From Candidatus Poribacteria bacterium (GTDB lineage: Bacteria > Poribacteria > WGA-4E > WGA-3G): a stretch of DNA of 64,000 bases. The notes under the pieces were generated by a model, which had not been told where the DNA came from, ran no database searches, and worked only from the letters and a program-made list of their open reading frames with translations. Shown one piece after another: positions 50,159 to 61,027 of this stretch (position 1 is the stretch's first letter; each line of letters begins with the position of its first letter). Where the stretch lies: NCBI GenBank assembly GCA_965215265.1, contig OZ244048.1:2176001-2240000 (forward strand), given 5' to 3'. Made by a program: the position numbers and the translations under genes.

Positions 50159-50926
50159 CTATGCTAGCCCCATCCTGTTTAGGTTTTTCAGACTGATGCC
50201 CAGGCTCTCAAAAGGATCGCGTTCATAACAGGAATCTTGTTCAATGATGTACCAGTCAACGCCGGCGTATGAACATGCGTCTAGGATAGCAGTCCAATTA
50301 AGGTTTCCTTCTCCGACTTCTGCAAAACGCTGAGTAGAACCTTGCATTGCCATATCTTTGAGATGGATAATCTGTGCGCGTCCTTTGAGTTTGCGAATCC
50401 ACTGGGCGGGGTCAGCGCCGCCGTGCTGGATCCAATAGGTATCAAGTTCGCTGTTGAAAAATTTCGGGTCACTTTCCTCGTATAGGATGTCTAGCCCAGT
50501 GCGTCCGTTAAACCGTTCAAGTTCAAAGCTATGGTTGTGATATGAAAAGCTTACTCCGCCTTCGGCGAGTCTTGCTGCGATTTCAGAGGCTTCTTTTGCA
50601 AAAGTGACAAATCCTTGGTAGTTCCGGTATTCGCCTGGTATTCCTCCGATGGCGGCATGCTTGCATCCCCAGAGTTGATGTTCTTCAATAACGGATTGCG
50701 GTTCGTCACGCATTCGTGCGTAGTCTGTGTGTGTTGCACAGATTGTGATACCTTCCCCGTCAACGATGGTTTTGAGTTGCTTTGGTGAAATCGGTCCGAG
50801 TGCGGAGCATTGAACAGCATTGTAGCCGAGCTGCTTCACCTTTTTCATGGTTTCGGCTATACCGGCTTCGGTTTTTGTGAAATCTCTAACGGTATAGAGT
50901 TGTGCAGCGATTTGTGTGGTTTTCAT
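50159..50926 (-). CDS. sugar phosphate isomerase/epimerase (TIM barrel)
   Basis: QLYTVRD, YHNHSFE, ELDTYW, HLKD, EVGEG, IEQD. Confidence 0.9.
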   Translation of the reverse strand: MKTTQIAAQLYTVRDFTKTEAGIAETMKKVKQLGYNAVQCSALGPISPKQLKTIVDGEGITICATHTDYARMRDEPQSVIEEHQLWGCKHAAIGGIPGEYRNYQGFVTFAKEASEIAARLAEGGVSFSYHNHSFELERFNGRTGLDILYEESDPKFFNSELDTYWIQHGGADPAQWIRKLKGRAQIIHLKDMAMQGSTQRFAEVGEGNLNWTAILDACSYAGVDWYIIEQDSCYERDPFESLGISLKNLNRMGLA

Positions 50927-51323
50927 AGACCTCTCCTTAGTCCAAGTATGTTATACCAAACAATGAATAACGCATTTCTGTTTTCTTTCGGAAGCGTACG
51001 GGGGGCTCCGAACAAACAAGAGAAATGTGGGCAATTTAATATTCACTATAAATCTATCAAAAAAGCCGCGGCATGTCAAGGAAAATTATGGAATTTATAT
51101 CTATATTTTATTGTAGCGCATCCATCAACAATCGCAGATGTTTTGCAATGAGAATGATGCTGCCCGAGTTAATCCCGCCTCCTATCGGTGAGTAGTCAAG
51201 CCTGAATTGTGAATTGGAAGATTTCTGTTAAGAAAAAAACAAAAATATAATAAAATGGTTGACAATTATGCTTCGCGGCTAGATTTAATAACCTGCTAGG
51301 TGCAACATGGAAAAGGAGTGACA

Positions 51324-52784
51324 ATGGAAAAACGTCCAAATATTTTGTGGTATTGCACAGATCAGCAACGTTTCGACACCATCGGTGCATTAGGAAATCC
51401 ACATATTCACACGCCCAGACTTGACGAATTTGTAGGTGAGTCGGTTACATTCACGCATGCCTATTGCCAGTCTCCGATTTGCACGCCTTCTCGTGCGAGT
51501 TTTATGACGGGGATGTATCCTTCAGCGGTAAGCGTAACAGGCAATGGCAATCCGGTTTTTCCGAGGTATTACGAAGATCGGCTGATTTCGCATGCGCTTT
51601 CGCAAGCGGGTTATGATTGTGGTTTGATTGGGAAACTGCATCTTGCGAGTGCTTTTTCTGCGCAAGAAGCGCGTGTGAACGATGGCTATCGCTACTTCCA
51701 ATATAGCCACGACCATGGGAAGCCGCATGCATTCGGGCATGAGTATGCAGATTGGGTCCGTGCACAAGGTGTCAACCCTGCAGACTTGATAAGTCAACGT
51801 GCGGTTGCTCAAAAGTCTGATGGAAATAGGGGGCGATTACCAGAGCCGGCTCCGGATTGCGACAATGTTCCGTCGCATCTTCACCAGACCTATTGGTGTA
51901 CTGAAAAATCGATTGAATTTATCAGAAAAAATCGTCGCGAAAACCAACCGTGGATGCTAAGCGTTAACCCGTTTGACCCGCATCCTCCGTTTGATGCGCC
52001 GTGGGAATACTATCGGCGGTATAATCCGGAAACGCTGCCGGGTCCACATTTCATGGAAAGTGACATCGGTTTTCAGTCGAAATTGACAGCTGCCGGTATC
52101 GATTTCCAGTCTCAGTCTAAACCGCCGTCAGAGTTTGATGATAAACGGATGCAAGCGTCTTATTACGCTATGATTGAGCAACTTGACTCTGAATTCGGGC
52201 GTTTACTCGACTATCTGGATGCGGAGGGCCTTCGTGAAAATACGATTGTGCTCTTCACTTCTGACCACGGAGAGGCGCTCGGTGACCACGGGCTGGTATA
52301 CAAAGGATGCCGGTTTTACGAAGGCTCGGTGCGGGTGCCGCTCATTATTTCATTGCCAACGCAGTTCTTGCAGAATGTCCAAAGCGATGCGCTCGTTGAG
52401 CTGCTCGATATTGTCCCGACGTTGTATGATGTATTGGGCATAGAGATACCGTACTACGTTCAGGGGAAATCGCTCGCGTCGCTGTTGCAGGGGGATGTGC
52501 CGGCCAATGTCCATCGTGAGGCAGTTCGTTGTGAATTTTTCGGTGCACTTTCAACACCTGATCAGACCCATGCCACGATGTACCGGGACCGGCGTTGGAA
52601 ACTCGTTGTGTATCATCAAAAAGGAATTTGTGAACTGTACGACCTTGATAACGACCCTTGGGAGCATAGGGATCTTGCTGAGGATGCCGATTATCAAGCC
52701 ATCAAATGGGAACTGCTGCAAAAGAGTTTTGACGCGACTGTTTATGCACATCCTCAGATGATTCCACGCGTCGCTTCGCACTGA
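51324..52784 (+). CDS. formylglycine-dependent sulfatase
   Basis: PNIL...DQQR, CTPSRAS..TG, GKLH, PHPP, SDHG, ELYDL..DPWE. Confidence 0.92.
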   Translation: MEKRPNILWYCTDQQRFDTIGALGNPHIHTPRLDEFVGESVTFTHAYCQSPICTPSRASFMTGMYPSAVSVTGNGNPVFPRYYEDRLISHALSQAGYDCGLIGKLHLASAFSAQEARVNDGYRYFQYSHDHGKPHAFGHEYADWVRAQGVNPADLISQRAVAQKSDGNRGRLPEPAPDCDNVPSHLHQTYWCTEKSIEFIRKNRRENQPWMLSVNPFDPHPPFDAPWEYYRRYNPETLPGPHFMESDIGFQSKLTAAGIDFQSQSKPPSEFDDKRMQASYYAMIEQLDSEFGRLLDYLDAEGLRENTIVLFTSDHGEALGDHGLVYKGCRFYEGSVRVPLIISLPTQFLQNVQSDALVELLDIVPTLYDVLGIEIPYYVQGKSLASLLQGDVPANVHREAVRCEFFGALSTPDQTHATMYRDRRWKLVVYHQKGICELYDLDNDPWEHRDLAEDADYQAIKWELLQKSFDATVYAHPQMIPRVASH

Positions 52785-53039
52785 GGTTAAAGTGAATACC
52801 CTCTATCCGCTGCAAGTCTTGGGGAATCGTGCTTGGGAAATCGCTCCGACAGTTTGTATTGCACATGAACACTCCTGCCACTGCGCTTGAAAGTCAGGGC
52901 TCATATTTTTATAGTAGAATTTAGAATTATTGATACGGTGAGGTTGCTATTTTGGATGCGGATTTGAGCGAAGATCAGATTAACAGACTTAGAGGGAGCG
53001 GCTTGTAATCGGCACTCGGGCACCTCAAGCCCTTTATCA

Positions 53040-53861
53040 TCAATTCCACAAGTCCAGCCCAAGCAGTTTTCGTCCCAATGGGGTGAGTTGGGCGGGTCCG
53101 TAATTTTTTGCTTCCCACCCGCGCGCGTCACCCGGATAGGGCCGTCGACCCAGCGCTCTCCGTTCTCGCCATAGCGTGATGCGTTCTTGCCGTCGTTCCT
53201 CATTCATCGGCTCGGGAGCCGGATAGAAGTTCATGTATTGTGCCAATCGGGGTTTATCGGCTGTGTTGCGCCCGTTTCCGTGCGGCAGTGCTACGTGCCA
53301 TATTAGCAGTGAGCCTGCCTTCCCAGGGACCTGAACGAAGTATTCCGGGGAAATTTCTGGTACCCACGGGTTTTCTTTGTCAATCAACGATTTATGTGCG
53401 CCGGGCCAACAGACAAAAGAGCCTTGATCATCGGCTGTATCTGTCAGGAAGAGGACACCTTGTGTGCTGAACCGGACGGGTAGTTTTGATGTGTCTGCAT
53501 CCCAGTGGTACATGCCCTTATTATCCCACTCAGGGTAGTCGGGATGTTTAGGCGGTTTCATGTTAACCCGGTCCGGATGCACCCAAATCCGATGCGTACC
53601 GTAAACTTCAGTGTAGATTTGATGAATAGGAGGATGTTGGTAGACGTTCCACATGGCTTGGTGTTGGTACATCTCTACCATACCTGCGCCGGGTTTGTGA
53701 GGCGCGCGGTACCAGTCGTTTGGGTCTGAGGGGTCCATTTCCAAAAAAGCGAAGATTGCGTCGACGACTGCATCACAGAGTTCAGTTGGGACAGCATTTT
53801 CTATAAGCATGTATCCGTATTCATCAAAATGGGCACGATGTGCTTGGGTTAAAAGGCTCAT
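53040..53861 (-). CDS. PhyH family dioxygenase
   Basis: HWDAD...QGVLFLTD....G.F...PGAH...GKAGSLLIWH..LPHGNG.N....PRLAQY. Confidence 0.85.
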   Translation of the reverse strand: MSLLTQAHRAHFDEYGYMLIENAVPTELCDAVVDAIFAFLEMDPSDPNDWYRAPHKPGAGMVEMYQHQAMWNVYQHPPIHQIYTEVYGTHRIWVHPDRVNMKPPKHPDYPEWDNKGMYHWDADTSKLPVRFSTQGVLFLTDTADDQGSFVCWPGAHKSLIDKENPWVPEISPEYFVQVPGKAGSLLIWHVALPHGNGRNTADKPRLAQYMNFYPAPEPMNEERRQERITLWRERRALGRRPYPGDARGWEAKNYGPAQLTPLGRKLLGLDLWN

Positions 53862-53886
53862 TACTAATTTAATTCCTTTCAAAGTT

Positions 53887-54456
53887 TCAGATTTGTTTAG
53901 GGGCCCAGACCTCAACAACGTAATAAGGTCCAGGTTCACAGTTGCGTATCTCAAAAGTGCCTGCTAATTCTAGGGCGGTGTGAAAATCATCAACGAGGCA
54001 GTGGTTATTTACACGATGCTCCTTGGCCATACCGTTGCAAGAGAGCGGTGAACACCCAAAGTCTGTTCCGATGTTACCATTCACAACATCATAACCGATG
54101 CAGGCGAACTGATGGGGAATTTGCTTCGCAGTTAACGCGTTGTAGTAGATAGCCCGTGCGCCGGTTCTATGAAATTCATAAGGGAGGATACGATACGCAA
54201 AGAGCGTGTATTTGTCCAAATCTTGGCGTGGAACAACGGACAGGGCGATTTCAGGGTTGTCATACAGCCACGTCGTTGTGTTGTGCTTCCATTTGTTCAT
54301 CCAATCGGGCGGCTCCTTTGAGATGCAACAACTCACACTGCAAATCCGGTCGACATCCTTCAGCCAATTAGCTTCTGGATTACGTTCAGGCTTAAAAATA
54401 CTACCGGCGACAATTTTCGGGAAATATCCGATGAGAATGAGTTCTTCCTTTGTCAT
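53887..54456 (-). CDS. conserved hypothetical protein
   Basis: Protein-like ORF with ICSVSCCIS, GYDVV...FGCSPLSCN, EPGPYYVVEV motifs; function unknown. Confidence 0.6.
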   Translation of the reverse strand: MTKEELILIGYFPKIVAGSIFKPERNPEANWLKDVDRICSVSCCISKEPPDWMNKWKHNTTTWLYDNPEIALSVVPRQDLDKYTLFAYRILPYEFHRTGARAIYYNALTAKQIPHQFACIGYDVVNGNIGTDFGCSPLSCNGMAKEHRVNNHCLVDDFHTALELAGTFEIRNCEPGPYYVVEVWAPKQI

Positions 54457-54834
54457 TACTATGACCCAGCACTTCAGAGTGAGATTCGGCAAGCTTAACA
54501 GCGGTGCGACAATGGCGTGTTAAAATAGTAACACATATTAGAAAGAAACTCAAGAAAATCTGGGGCTATTTCATTTGCGCGTGCGTTTTTCCTCCGGAGC
54601 TGGCGGTGCAAGGCTTCGGGTTTGCATCCGTGGTTCAAAACGGATTAAAAAGGTGTCAATCTCACAGAAAAGTGTTATAATATCTATAGAGCACTCCTTT
54701 TGGTATGGATTTGTTCCGATATTATACCATAGGGGTTCTCCTTTGCATACATCTTTATTTTTTGCACCGAGCTCACGTTATATTGTGTAATGACGTGGAC
54801 TCTTCGTTTGTGTACTCTTTTGGAAGGAGCCGTT

Positions 54835-55938
54835 ATGTCAAAAAGACTGCAGTTTAGCAACATAGTTTGCAGAAGACAGCAAAACTGGCTAAAAAACGTA
54901 TGCTTGTTAGTCTTTCTCGTTTTGCTGCCTGTTAGCATTTTCTGGAGTTGTAACAATGAGAAAAAGAGTCCTGAAATAGATTCATCTGCCCAGAAAAAAA
55001 ACACACCTACGAATTCTAAGGAGAGAGAGTGGCTCTCAATTATGGGTGGTGCTATTGGTGGGAGTTTTTCGCAATTTGCGGGTGCTGTTGGGCGCGTATT
55101 AGAGCAGCACGAACCACATATCAAAGTATCTATAGACGGCTCTGCAGGTTCAGTAGAAAATACACGGCGTGTGAATAGAGATGCGGAGGCGCTCGGTGTC
55201 GTTTTCGCGTCTGAAAGTTATTTAGGTTACCATGGGCAGGAAATCTTCGCGGCAGAGGGCCCCAAAAGCAATATCCGTGTAGTGACGCTGCTATTTATTG
55301 CCTACGATCAGCTGTCCACGTTAGCGAAGAGTGATGTGCACGAATTTGAAGACATTGTGGGCAAGAAGGTTGCATGCGGTGCGAGTGGTTCTGGCACGGC
55401 TCAGACGCTAGAACGTCTGGCGAAATTGGCGGGTATCTGGGGACAATTCACGCCGGTTTACAAGGGTGGCACTGCCGGTGCTGAGGGACTTCAAGATGGG
55501 CAAGTTGCCGCGTTTCAGTGGCTCGTGAGTGTGCCTAACAACGCCATTATCCAATTGACAACTATTAAATCCATCCGCATGCTTGACCTTGACACCGCTG
55601 CGAGAAAGTACGGCTTCTATGAAAAGTACCCGTTCTATCAATCGGGTATGCTGCCTGAGGGGGCTTATGAGGGCAAAGTAGAACCGGTAAAGACAATCCT
55701 AATGCCGACAGTACTAATTGCCCACAAAGACGTTCGGACGGAGACTATCTACGCGCTGCTCAAGCATACCTACTCGTCGGAGGGCCATAAAATGCTGCGC
55801 GATACGACGCAAGCAGCCGCAGATATGACAATTGAGAACGCGCCGAAGGCGTTTGTGATTCCACTCCACGCTGGTGCGTATAAATTCTGGAGCGAACAAG
55901 GGGTAGAGATTCCTGAGCATGCGATGCCAGTAAAGTGA
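54835..55938 (+). CDS. TAXI-family TRAP transporter solute-binding protein
   Basis: GG..GG.F, S.GSVEN, G.SGSGT, IPLH.GA.KFW.E.G. Confidence 0.88.
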   Translation: MSKRLQFSNIVCRRQQNWLKNVCLLVFLVLLPVSIFWSCNNEKKSPEIDSSAQKKNTPTNSKEREWLSIMGGAIGGSFSQFAGAVGRVLEQHEPHIKVSIDGSAGSVENTRRVNRDAEALGVVFASESYLGYHGQEIFAAEGPKSNIRVVTLLFIAYDQLSTLAKSDVHEFEDIVGKKVACGASGSGTAQTLERLAKLAGIWGQFTPVYKGGTAGAEGLQDGQVAAFQWLVSVPNNAIIQLTTIKSIRMLDLDTAARKYGFYEKYPFYQSGMLPEGAYEGKVEPVKTILMPTVLIAHKDVRTETIYALLKHTYSSEGHKMLRDTTQAAADMTIENAPKAFVIPLHAGAYKFWSEQGVEIPEHAMPVK

Positions 55939-56202
55939 CAAATTCTTTATTTTAATGGGACATTATCTCCTCGCTATCTCTTAGTCCGGCTGGCGTGGCA
56001 TTTGTCTAACTTTCTCATAGGCTGCTTTGGTAATTAGAGGCGTGTCCGCCGAGGCAACTGTGTTTGCGAGGAGTCCGGAAATCGTTGCGCGTGTGTTAAA
56101 AAATATGGTATAATAGGATTTAAAGGAGATTATAGGGTGGTTCTATCTACGGTGCTGTCGGCAGTCAGGTAAATCATCAGAGCGGAGTCGCCCTACACTT
56201 TC

Positions 56203-57369
56203 GTGAGAGGAAAGAAAAAGGTTATTATCATCGGTGGCGGTGTGATAGGCCTCGGTATCGGTTGGCAGCTTGCGAAATCCGGGTGTTTGGTTACGCTCTA
56301 TGAGCGGCATCGTGCGGGCCGTGCTGCGTCGTGGGCAGCAGCGGGGATGCTCGCCCCCCTGGCTGAGGCACACACTGAAGAGCCGGAACTCCTGAGGTTA
56401 GGGTGCCACAGTTTGGAGCTCTATCCGCATTGGGTAAACGAATTAGAAGCCGATGCACAGATGTCTATCGGGTACCGGGCAGAGGGCACACTCATCATCG
56501 GATTGGAACCGGATGATACACAACAACTTCGGCATCTCTATGTGTCACAGCAGCACCTCGGTTTGGAGGTGGAATGGCTGAGCGGCCGTGAGGCGCGTGG
56601 GATTGAACCGGTGCTCTCGCCACGTGTGACGGCGGCGATCCGGTGTGCGGCAGACCATCAGGTTGACAACCGTTTGATGGTGGACGCGCTTGTGCATGCG
56701 TATCAAGGGTGTGGTGGCACCTTATGCGAAAATAGCAGCGTGGTAGAGATCCGGGTAAAAAACGGTATTGTGGTGGGCATCCAGACACAAAACGGCTTTG
56801 AAAGCGGGGATGTGGTTGTGCTTGCAGCCGGCTGCTGGTCGGGGCAGATAGAGGGTTTACCGGATGAGAGTCTGCCGCCGGTGCGTCCTGTTAAAGGGCA
56901 GATGTTAGCACTGCAGATGGAGGGCGGTATCACGCTAAAAACAGTCACTCGCACCGTCAGGGCAAGGTATCCGATGTCAGTGTATCTTGTGCCGAAAGCC
57001 GATGGGAGACTCATCATCGGTGCGACGAGTGAAGAGATGGGATTTGATACGCGTTTAACCGCGGGGGGTGTATTTGAATTGCTTCGCGGTGCGTGGGAGG
57101 CGGTGCCGGGGGTTTACGAACTACCAATTTTAGAGACATGGGCAGGCTTGCGTCCAGGGAGCCGAGATAGCGCGCCCTTGCTCGGATATACTTCGGTTGC
57201 GAATCTAATTTTGGCAACCGGGCATTATCGGAACGGTATTTTGCTCACGCCCGTAACTGCCTATGAAATAGCGAAACTCATCCAGACAGATGAGGTATCC
57301 GCCATCATCGCCCCGTTTGGGCTCGGTCGATTTTCAATGGAGAAACAGGTTGATGAGGATACGGGTTAA
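56203..57369 (+). CDS. thiO: glycine oxidase
   Basis: GGGVIG, AS.AAAGMLAP, PVKGQM, WAGLRP, TGHYRNGILL; upstream of thiS and thiG. Confidence 0.92.
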   Translation: MRGKKKVIIIGGGVIGLGIGWQLAKSGCLVTLYERHRAGRAASWAAAGMLAPLAEAHTEEPELLRLGCHSLELYPHWVNELEADAQMSIGYRAEGTLIIGLEPDDTQQLRHLYVSQQHLGLEVEWLSGREARGIEPVLSPRVTAAIRCAADHQVDNRLMVDALVHAYQGCGGTLCENSSVVEIRVKNGIVVGIQTQNGFESGDVVVLAAGCWSGQIEGLPDESLPPVRPVKGQMLALQMEGGITLKTVTRTVRARYPMSVYLVPKADGRLIIGATSEEMGFDTRLTAGGVFELLRGAWEAVPGVYELPILETWAGLRPGSRDSAPLLGYTSVANLILATGHYRNGILLTPVTAYEIAKLIQTDEVSAIIAPFGLGRFSMEKQVDEDTG

Positions 57370-57559
57370 CGGTGAGAACAGAGAGGTTAGGTCTGATTTA
57401 ACCGTCTACGAATTGCTGGTGGTGATGGAGCTCAATCCGGGGCAGCCGGGCATTGCGATTGCGGTAGACCGGGAGGTCGTTCCGAAGGCGACATGGCAGC
57501 AGAAAACGCTTCGCGAAAATAGTGAGGTCGAGATTATTCGCGCCGTTCAGGGCGGCTAA
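57353..57559 (+). CDS. thiS: sulfur carrier protein
   Basis: MRIRVNGE...VEIIRAVQGG with the C-terminal GG. Confidence 0.93.
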   Translation: MRIRVNGENREVRSDLTVYELLVVMELNPGQPGIAIAVDREVVPKATWQQKTLRENSEVEIIRAVQGG

Positions 57560-57681
57560 CGCACCGGATAATGGACGCGATAAAATGAACAGTAGACTTG
57601 CACCTGCAACTGCTGCCCTTTTCAGGAATATCAGTAACCGGGCAATGGGGTGGCCCTGTATAAACCGGTAGAGGAAAATAG

Positions 57682-58449
57682 ATGGAAGAATTCAGAATAG
57701 CAGATAAAACCTATCACTCGAGACTGCTAATCGGAACAGCAGGATATCCGAATTTCCAAGTGATGACAGAGGCAATCGCGGCAAGTGGTGCGGAAATCGC
57801 CACGGTGTCAATGCGTCGCGTGAGACTTACGGAGGACTTCGATGAAAACATGTTCTCGTTGCTCCAGGAACGCAATATCACGGTTCTGCCGAATACGGCT
57901 GGCTGTTTCACGGTGAAGGAGACTATCTTCACCGCACAACTTGCAAGAGAAGCATTAGGAACAACGTTGATTAAATTGGAAGTCATTGGGGACGAACAGA
58001 CGCTGTTTCCGGATGTAGAGAATCTCCTCATTGCTGCGGAAATGCTGATAAAAGACGGTTTTACCGTGCTGCCCTACTGCAACGACGATCCGGTTACTTG
58101 TAAGAAACTGGAAGATATCGGGTGTGCAGCTGTGATGCCCCTCGGTGCGCCAATTGGGTCCGGTATGGGGATTCGTAACCCGTATAACATACAGATTATC
58201 CGGGATAGTGTGCAAGTCCCGGTTATAGTGGATGCTGGAGTTGGCACTGCATCGGATGCCGCAATAGCGATGGAATTGGGCTGCGACGGTGTGCTTCTCA
58301 ATACAGCGATTGCCAAAGCACGTCGTCCGGTGTTGATGGCAGAAGCGATGAAAAAAGCGATTGAAGCGGGTAGGGCGGCATTTTTAGCTGGACGCATTCC
58401 ACGAAAACTTTACGCGAGCGCGTCAAGCCCGCAAGAAGGTCTAATCTGA
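57682..58449 (+). CDS. thiG: thiazole synthase
   Basis: [37 protein letters not shown]. Confidence 0.96.
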   Translation: MEEFRIADKTYHSRLLIGTAGYPNFQVMTEAIAASGAEIATVSMRRVRLTEDFDENMFSLLQERNITVLPNTAGCFTVKETIFTAQLAREALGTTLIKLEVIGDEQTLFPDVENLLIAAEMLIKDGFTVLPYCNDDPVTCKKLEDIGCAAVMPLGAPIGSGMGIRNPYNIQIIRDSVQVPVIVDAGVGTASDAAIAMELGCDGVLLNTAIAKARRPVLMAEAMKKAIEAGRAAFLAGRIPRKLYASASSPQEGLI

Positions 58450-58462
58450 TTAGGGGCAGCTT

Positions 58463-59701
58463 GTGAAAAAAAGATTTCTCCTCGCGCTATCGGTTGGCAT
58501 ATTTTGCCCAGGACTCTGGATATACTTGTTTATTTTTACCTGCCTGGTAGGGGCGGAATTTGCTGTCGCACAATTTCAGAGTGAATTCGGTCAAAGCATC
58601 CTACAACGAAAAGCGGAAACCTCTGAAACCGAACCGGCGGAACTCACAATTGACTACTACATCTCCAATACGTTCAACGATCATATTGAATTGGGATTAA
58701 GCGTTGACCCATATACGAGTGCCCTCGCGGGGCAAGAGAACCCGCAGCTTGAAGGTCTGATTAACCGGGTAGGCGTTAACCTGCAAGGCGACCTGCCGAT
58801 AGCAGAGCGGCTCCGAATGAGCTTGGAATACGCACCGCAGATTGAAAACTATACCGGTGCGGACGGGAAACTCGACGAATTTGACGGTTTGACAGACGTT
58901 TTCTTAGCCGAGCTCGCTTTTCGTCCGGTTCAAGAATTACCGCCGTTCGTCGCTTCACATCAATTTCAACGTTTGGTCCGGACATCGGCTGTCTATAACA
59001 ACAACGAACGACAGTTCAAATTCCGCTTTGGGCGCATCCTGGAATATAGCCTCCGGATGCACCGATTCGACGATGAACAGACGCGCCGAGAGGATTTCCT
59101 GCTCGTCGGCTCAACGATGCACAAGGGAACAGCCAGGATTCAATTCGGCTTGCCAAAACAGGTGGTGGCAAAAGCAGAGTACGGGTTGGAATCTGGGCAC
59201 TACAAGACGAATTTGAACAATCTCATCTTAGGTGTGACAGGCCTTGAAGACGACGAACGTCGAAGGGACTGGCGACATTTCGGTTCGGCGAAGTTGCTAC
59301 ATGTGGCAGCAGAGCGGTTCGTGTTTCAGGAAGAATTCAACCTTTTTGTCAACAGGTCCAACGTCGATTTCTTTAATTTTTCTAGTACTGAGGCATCGGT
59401 AAGCACCTTTTACAGAATTGCGTCCGGGCGTTGGCTCCGGCTGCGGTTATCCAGATTATGGGTGCAGTTTGATGGTAGGCACATCCGTGATGAGACGGGG
59501 CTTATCCGAGAAAACACGGAGAATAGGAGAGATACGCAATTCGGGGTGACTGCACAGGTGAACTGGCAATTCAACGGGTATCTAACACTGAATGCTAATT
59601 ATCAGTTGACGCAAAACCGCACGAATGAAGCGGATGTGCTGCTCAGTTTTCTAAATTATAATCATAATGTGCTCAGTCTCACCGTGCGCGGGAGTTATTA
59701 A
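58463..59701 (+). CDS. probable outer-membrane beta-barrel protein, unknown function
   Basis: Signal peptide, alternating amphipathic strands, terminal LSLTVRGSY. Confidence 0.6.
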   Translation: MKKRFLLALSVGIFCPGLWIYLFIFTCLVGAEFAVAQFQSEFGQSILQRKAETSETEPAELTIDYYISNTFNDHIELGLSVDPYTSALAGQENPQLEGLINRVGVNLQGDLPIAERLRMSLEYAPQIENYTGADGKLDEFDGLTDVFLAELAFRPVQELPPFVASHQFQRLVRTSAVYNNNERQFKFRFGRILEYSLRMHRFDDEQTRREDFLLVGSTMHKGTARIQFGLPKQVVAKAEYGLESGHYKTNLNNLILGVTGLEDDERRRDWRHFGSAKLLHVAAERFVFQEEFNLFVNRSNVDFFNFSSTEASVSTFYRIASGRWLRLRLSRLWVQFDGRHIRDETGLIRENTENRRDTQFGVTAQVNWQFNGYLTLNANYQLTQNRTNEADVLLSFLNYNHNVLSLTVRGSY

Positions 59702-59844
59702 TTTGGGCATCCCCTCTCAAAAAAATTAGCGTCCTCCTTTAAAGAGCTTCAACTTCCCCTCTGACGCAATCAAGGTGTAACACCGGGCAATCGCATCAGC
59801 GACGATAGGTTCGTCAGGCGTATCCCACAGCAGTAGATAATCAA
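59617..59844 (+). repeat. 228-bp direct repeat, copy 1 (copy 2 at 60799-61027)
   Basis: Near-identical duplication covering the 3' ends of both convergent genes. Confidence 0.9.
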
Positions 59845-59929
59845 GGAAAAGAGCGGCACACTCACGGCGAAGTTGTAGAACCGTATTAAAAGGAGGGTAT
59901 ACGGTGCCGGTAGCCCGCTTGAGTCGTTT

Positions 59930-60280
59930 TCAACTCCCTTTATTCCAAAACCTCCGCGAAGGCAATCTGTTTGAAAAACCCCAAAGGACACCAAGAGGAA
60001 GCCATATAAAGATGCCTATCTCACTCACCTTTTTCACAAACAAAACGGTTTTATCTTGTAAATTGAGGGAACTCCCCTCATTTGCACGTTGACGCGTCTG
60101 GGCAGCAATGCTATGGAATTCGACTAAATCTCCTGTCATCTGGTCCTTACTTTCGGTGTCTGCGAATGTGATATAAAAGAGAAAGGGGACTATCGGGTGA
60201 TACCATAAACTTCCTACCACAATTCCGAGTAAAACTTTGCCGGAAAACGCGAATATGCTCGACCATCTTAGTTTTTTCAT
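59930..60280 (-). CDS. small hypothetical membrane protein inside the duplicated interval
   Basis: AGGAG RBS, MKKLRWSS..., two hydrophobic segments. Confidence 0.45.
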   Translation of the reverse strand: MKKLRWSSIFAFSGKVLLGIVVGSLWYHPIVPFLFYITFADTESKDQMTGDLVEFHSIAAQTRQRANEGSSLNLQDKTVLFVKKVSEIGIFIWLPLGVLWGFSNRLPSRRFWNKGS

Positions 60281-60798
60281 AAAAACTCCTGCTGAACAGG
60301 CAGGGAATCCAGAGGCTACCTGCCTGTTCCGGTAAGAGGATTTCCTGCCATCAGTTGCACCAGCGGCAGCTTTCTCCCTCATGGATGTTGCTTGAACCAG
60401 ACTGTGCACACCGCCATGTGACATTCGAGTTATATCCAAAATCCTGTGCATCCGCCTCGGAACCGAAGGTACTCGTTTCGTCAGAGGCGTAACGAATTCC
60501 GCTCACTTGCACATTTGCACCAGTGCGGTAAAAGTAGTCTATCGCATAATGACTGTCAAGGTTTTGGATAGTTTCAATGAATTTAATTAAGAAATGTCTG
60601 AAAATAGCATTCTCCTCTTGTGCGTTGCGTTCGTTATTCGTATTCAAGCCGTTCGTTTCATCCTATACGGAAAGTTTACCGGAAGCGACCCCCTATTTCT
60701 ACTACAAGCACGCACGACTTATATCAGAACACGGACATCTCTCCGCACAGGATATGGACCTTTGGCTGCCCCTTGGCAGAGACTTAAATCAGACGCTG

Positions 60799-61027
60799 CC
60801 GCACGAATGAAGCAGATGCGCTGCTCAGTTTTCTAAATTATAATCATAATGTGCTCAGTCTCACCGTGCGCGGGAGTTATTAATTTAGGCATCCCCTCTC
60901 AAAAAAAATTAGCGCCCTCCCTTAAAGAGCTTCAACTTCCCCTCTGACGCAATCAAGGTGTAACACCGGGCAATCGCATCAGCGACGATAGGTTCGTCAG
61001 GCGTATCCCACAGCAGTAGATAATCAA
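60799..61027 (+). repeat. 229-bp direct repeat, copy 2
   Basis: Differs from 59617-59844 by about 5 transitions and one A in a homopolymer. Confidence 0.9.

Noticed and set aside
55939-56202. TPP riboswitch upstream of thiO
   Set aside because: No CTGAGA or ACCTGA...AATNCNNGCGNAGG core was found.
59617-61027. Diversity-generating retroelement TR/VR pair
   Set aside because: Differences are mixed A/G and C/T transitions rather than adenine-specific changes, and no reverse transcriptase is present.
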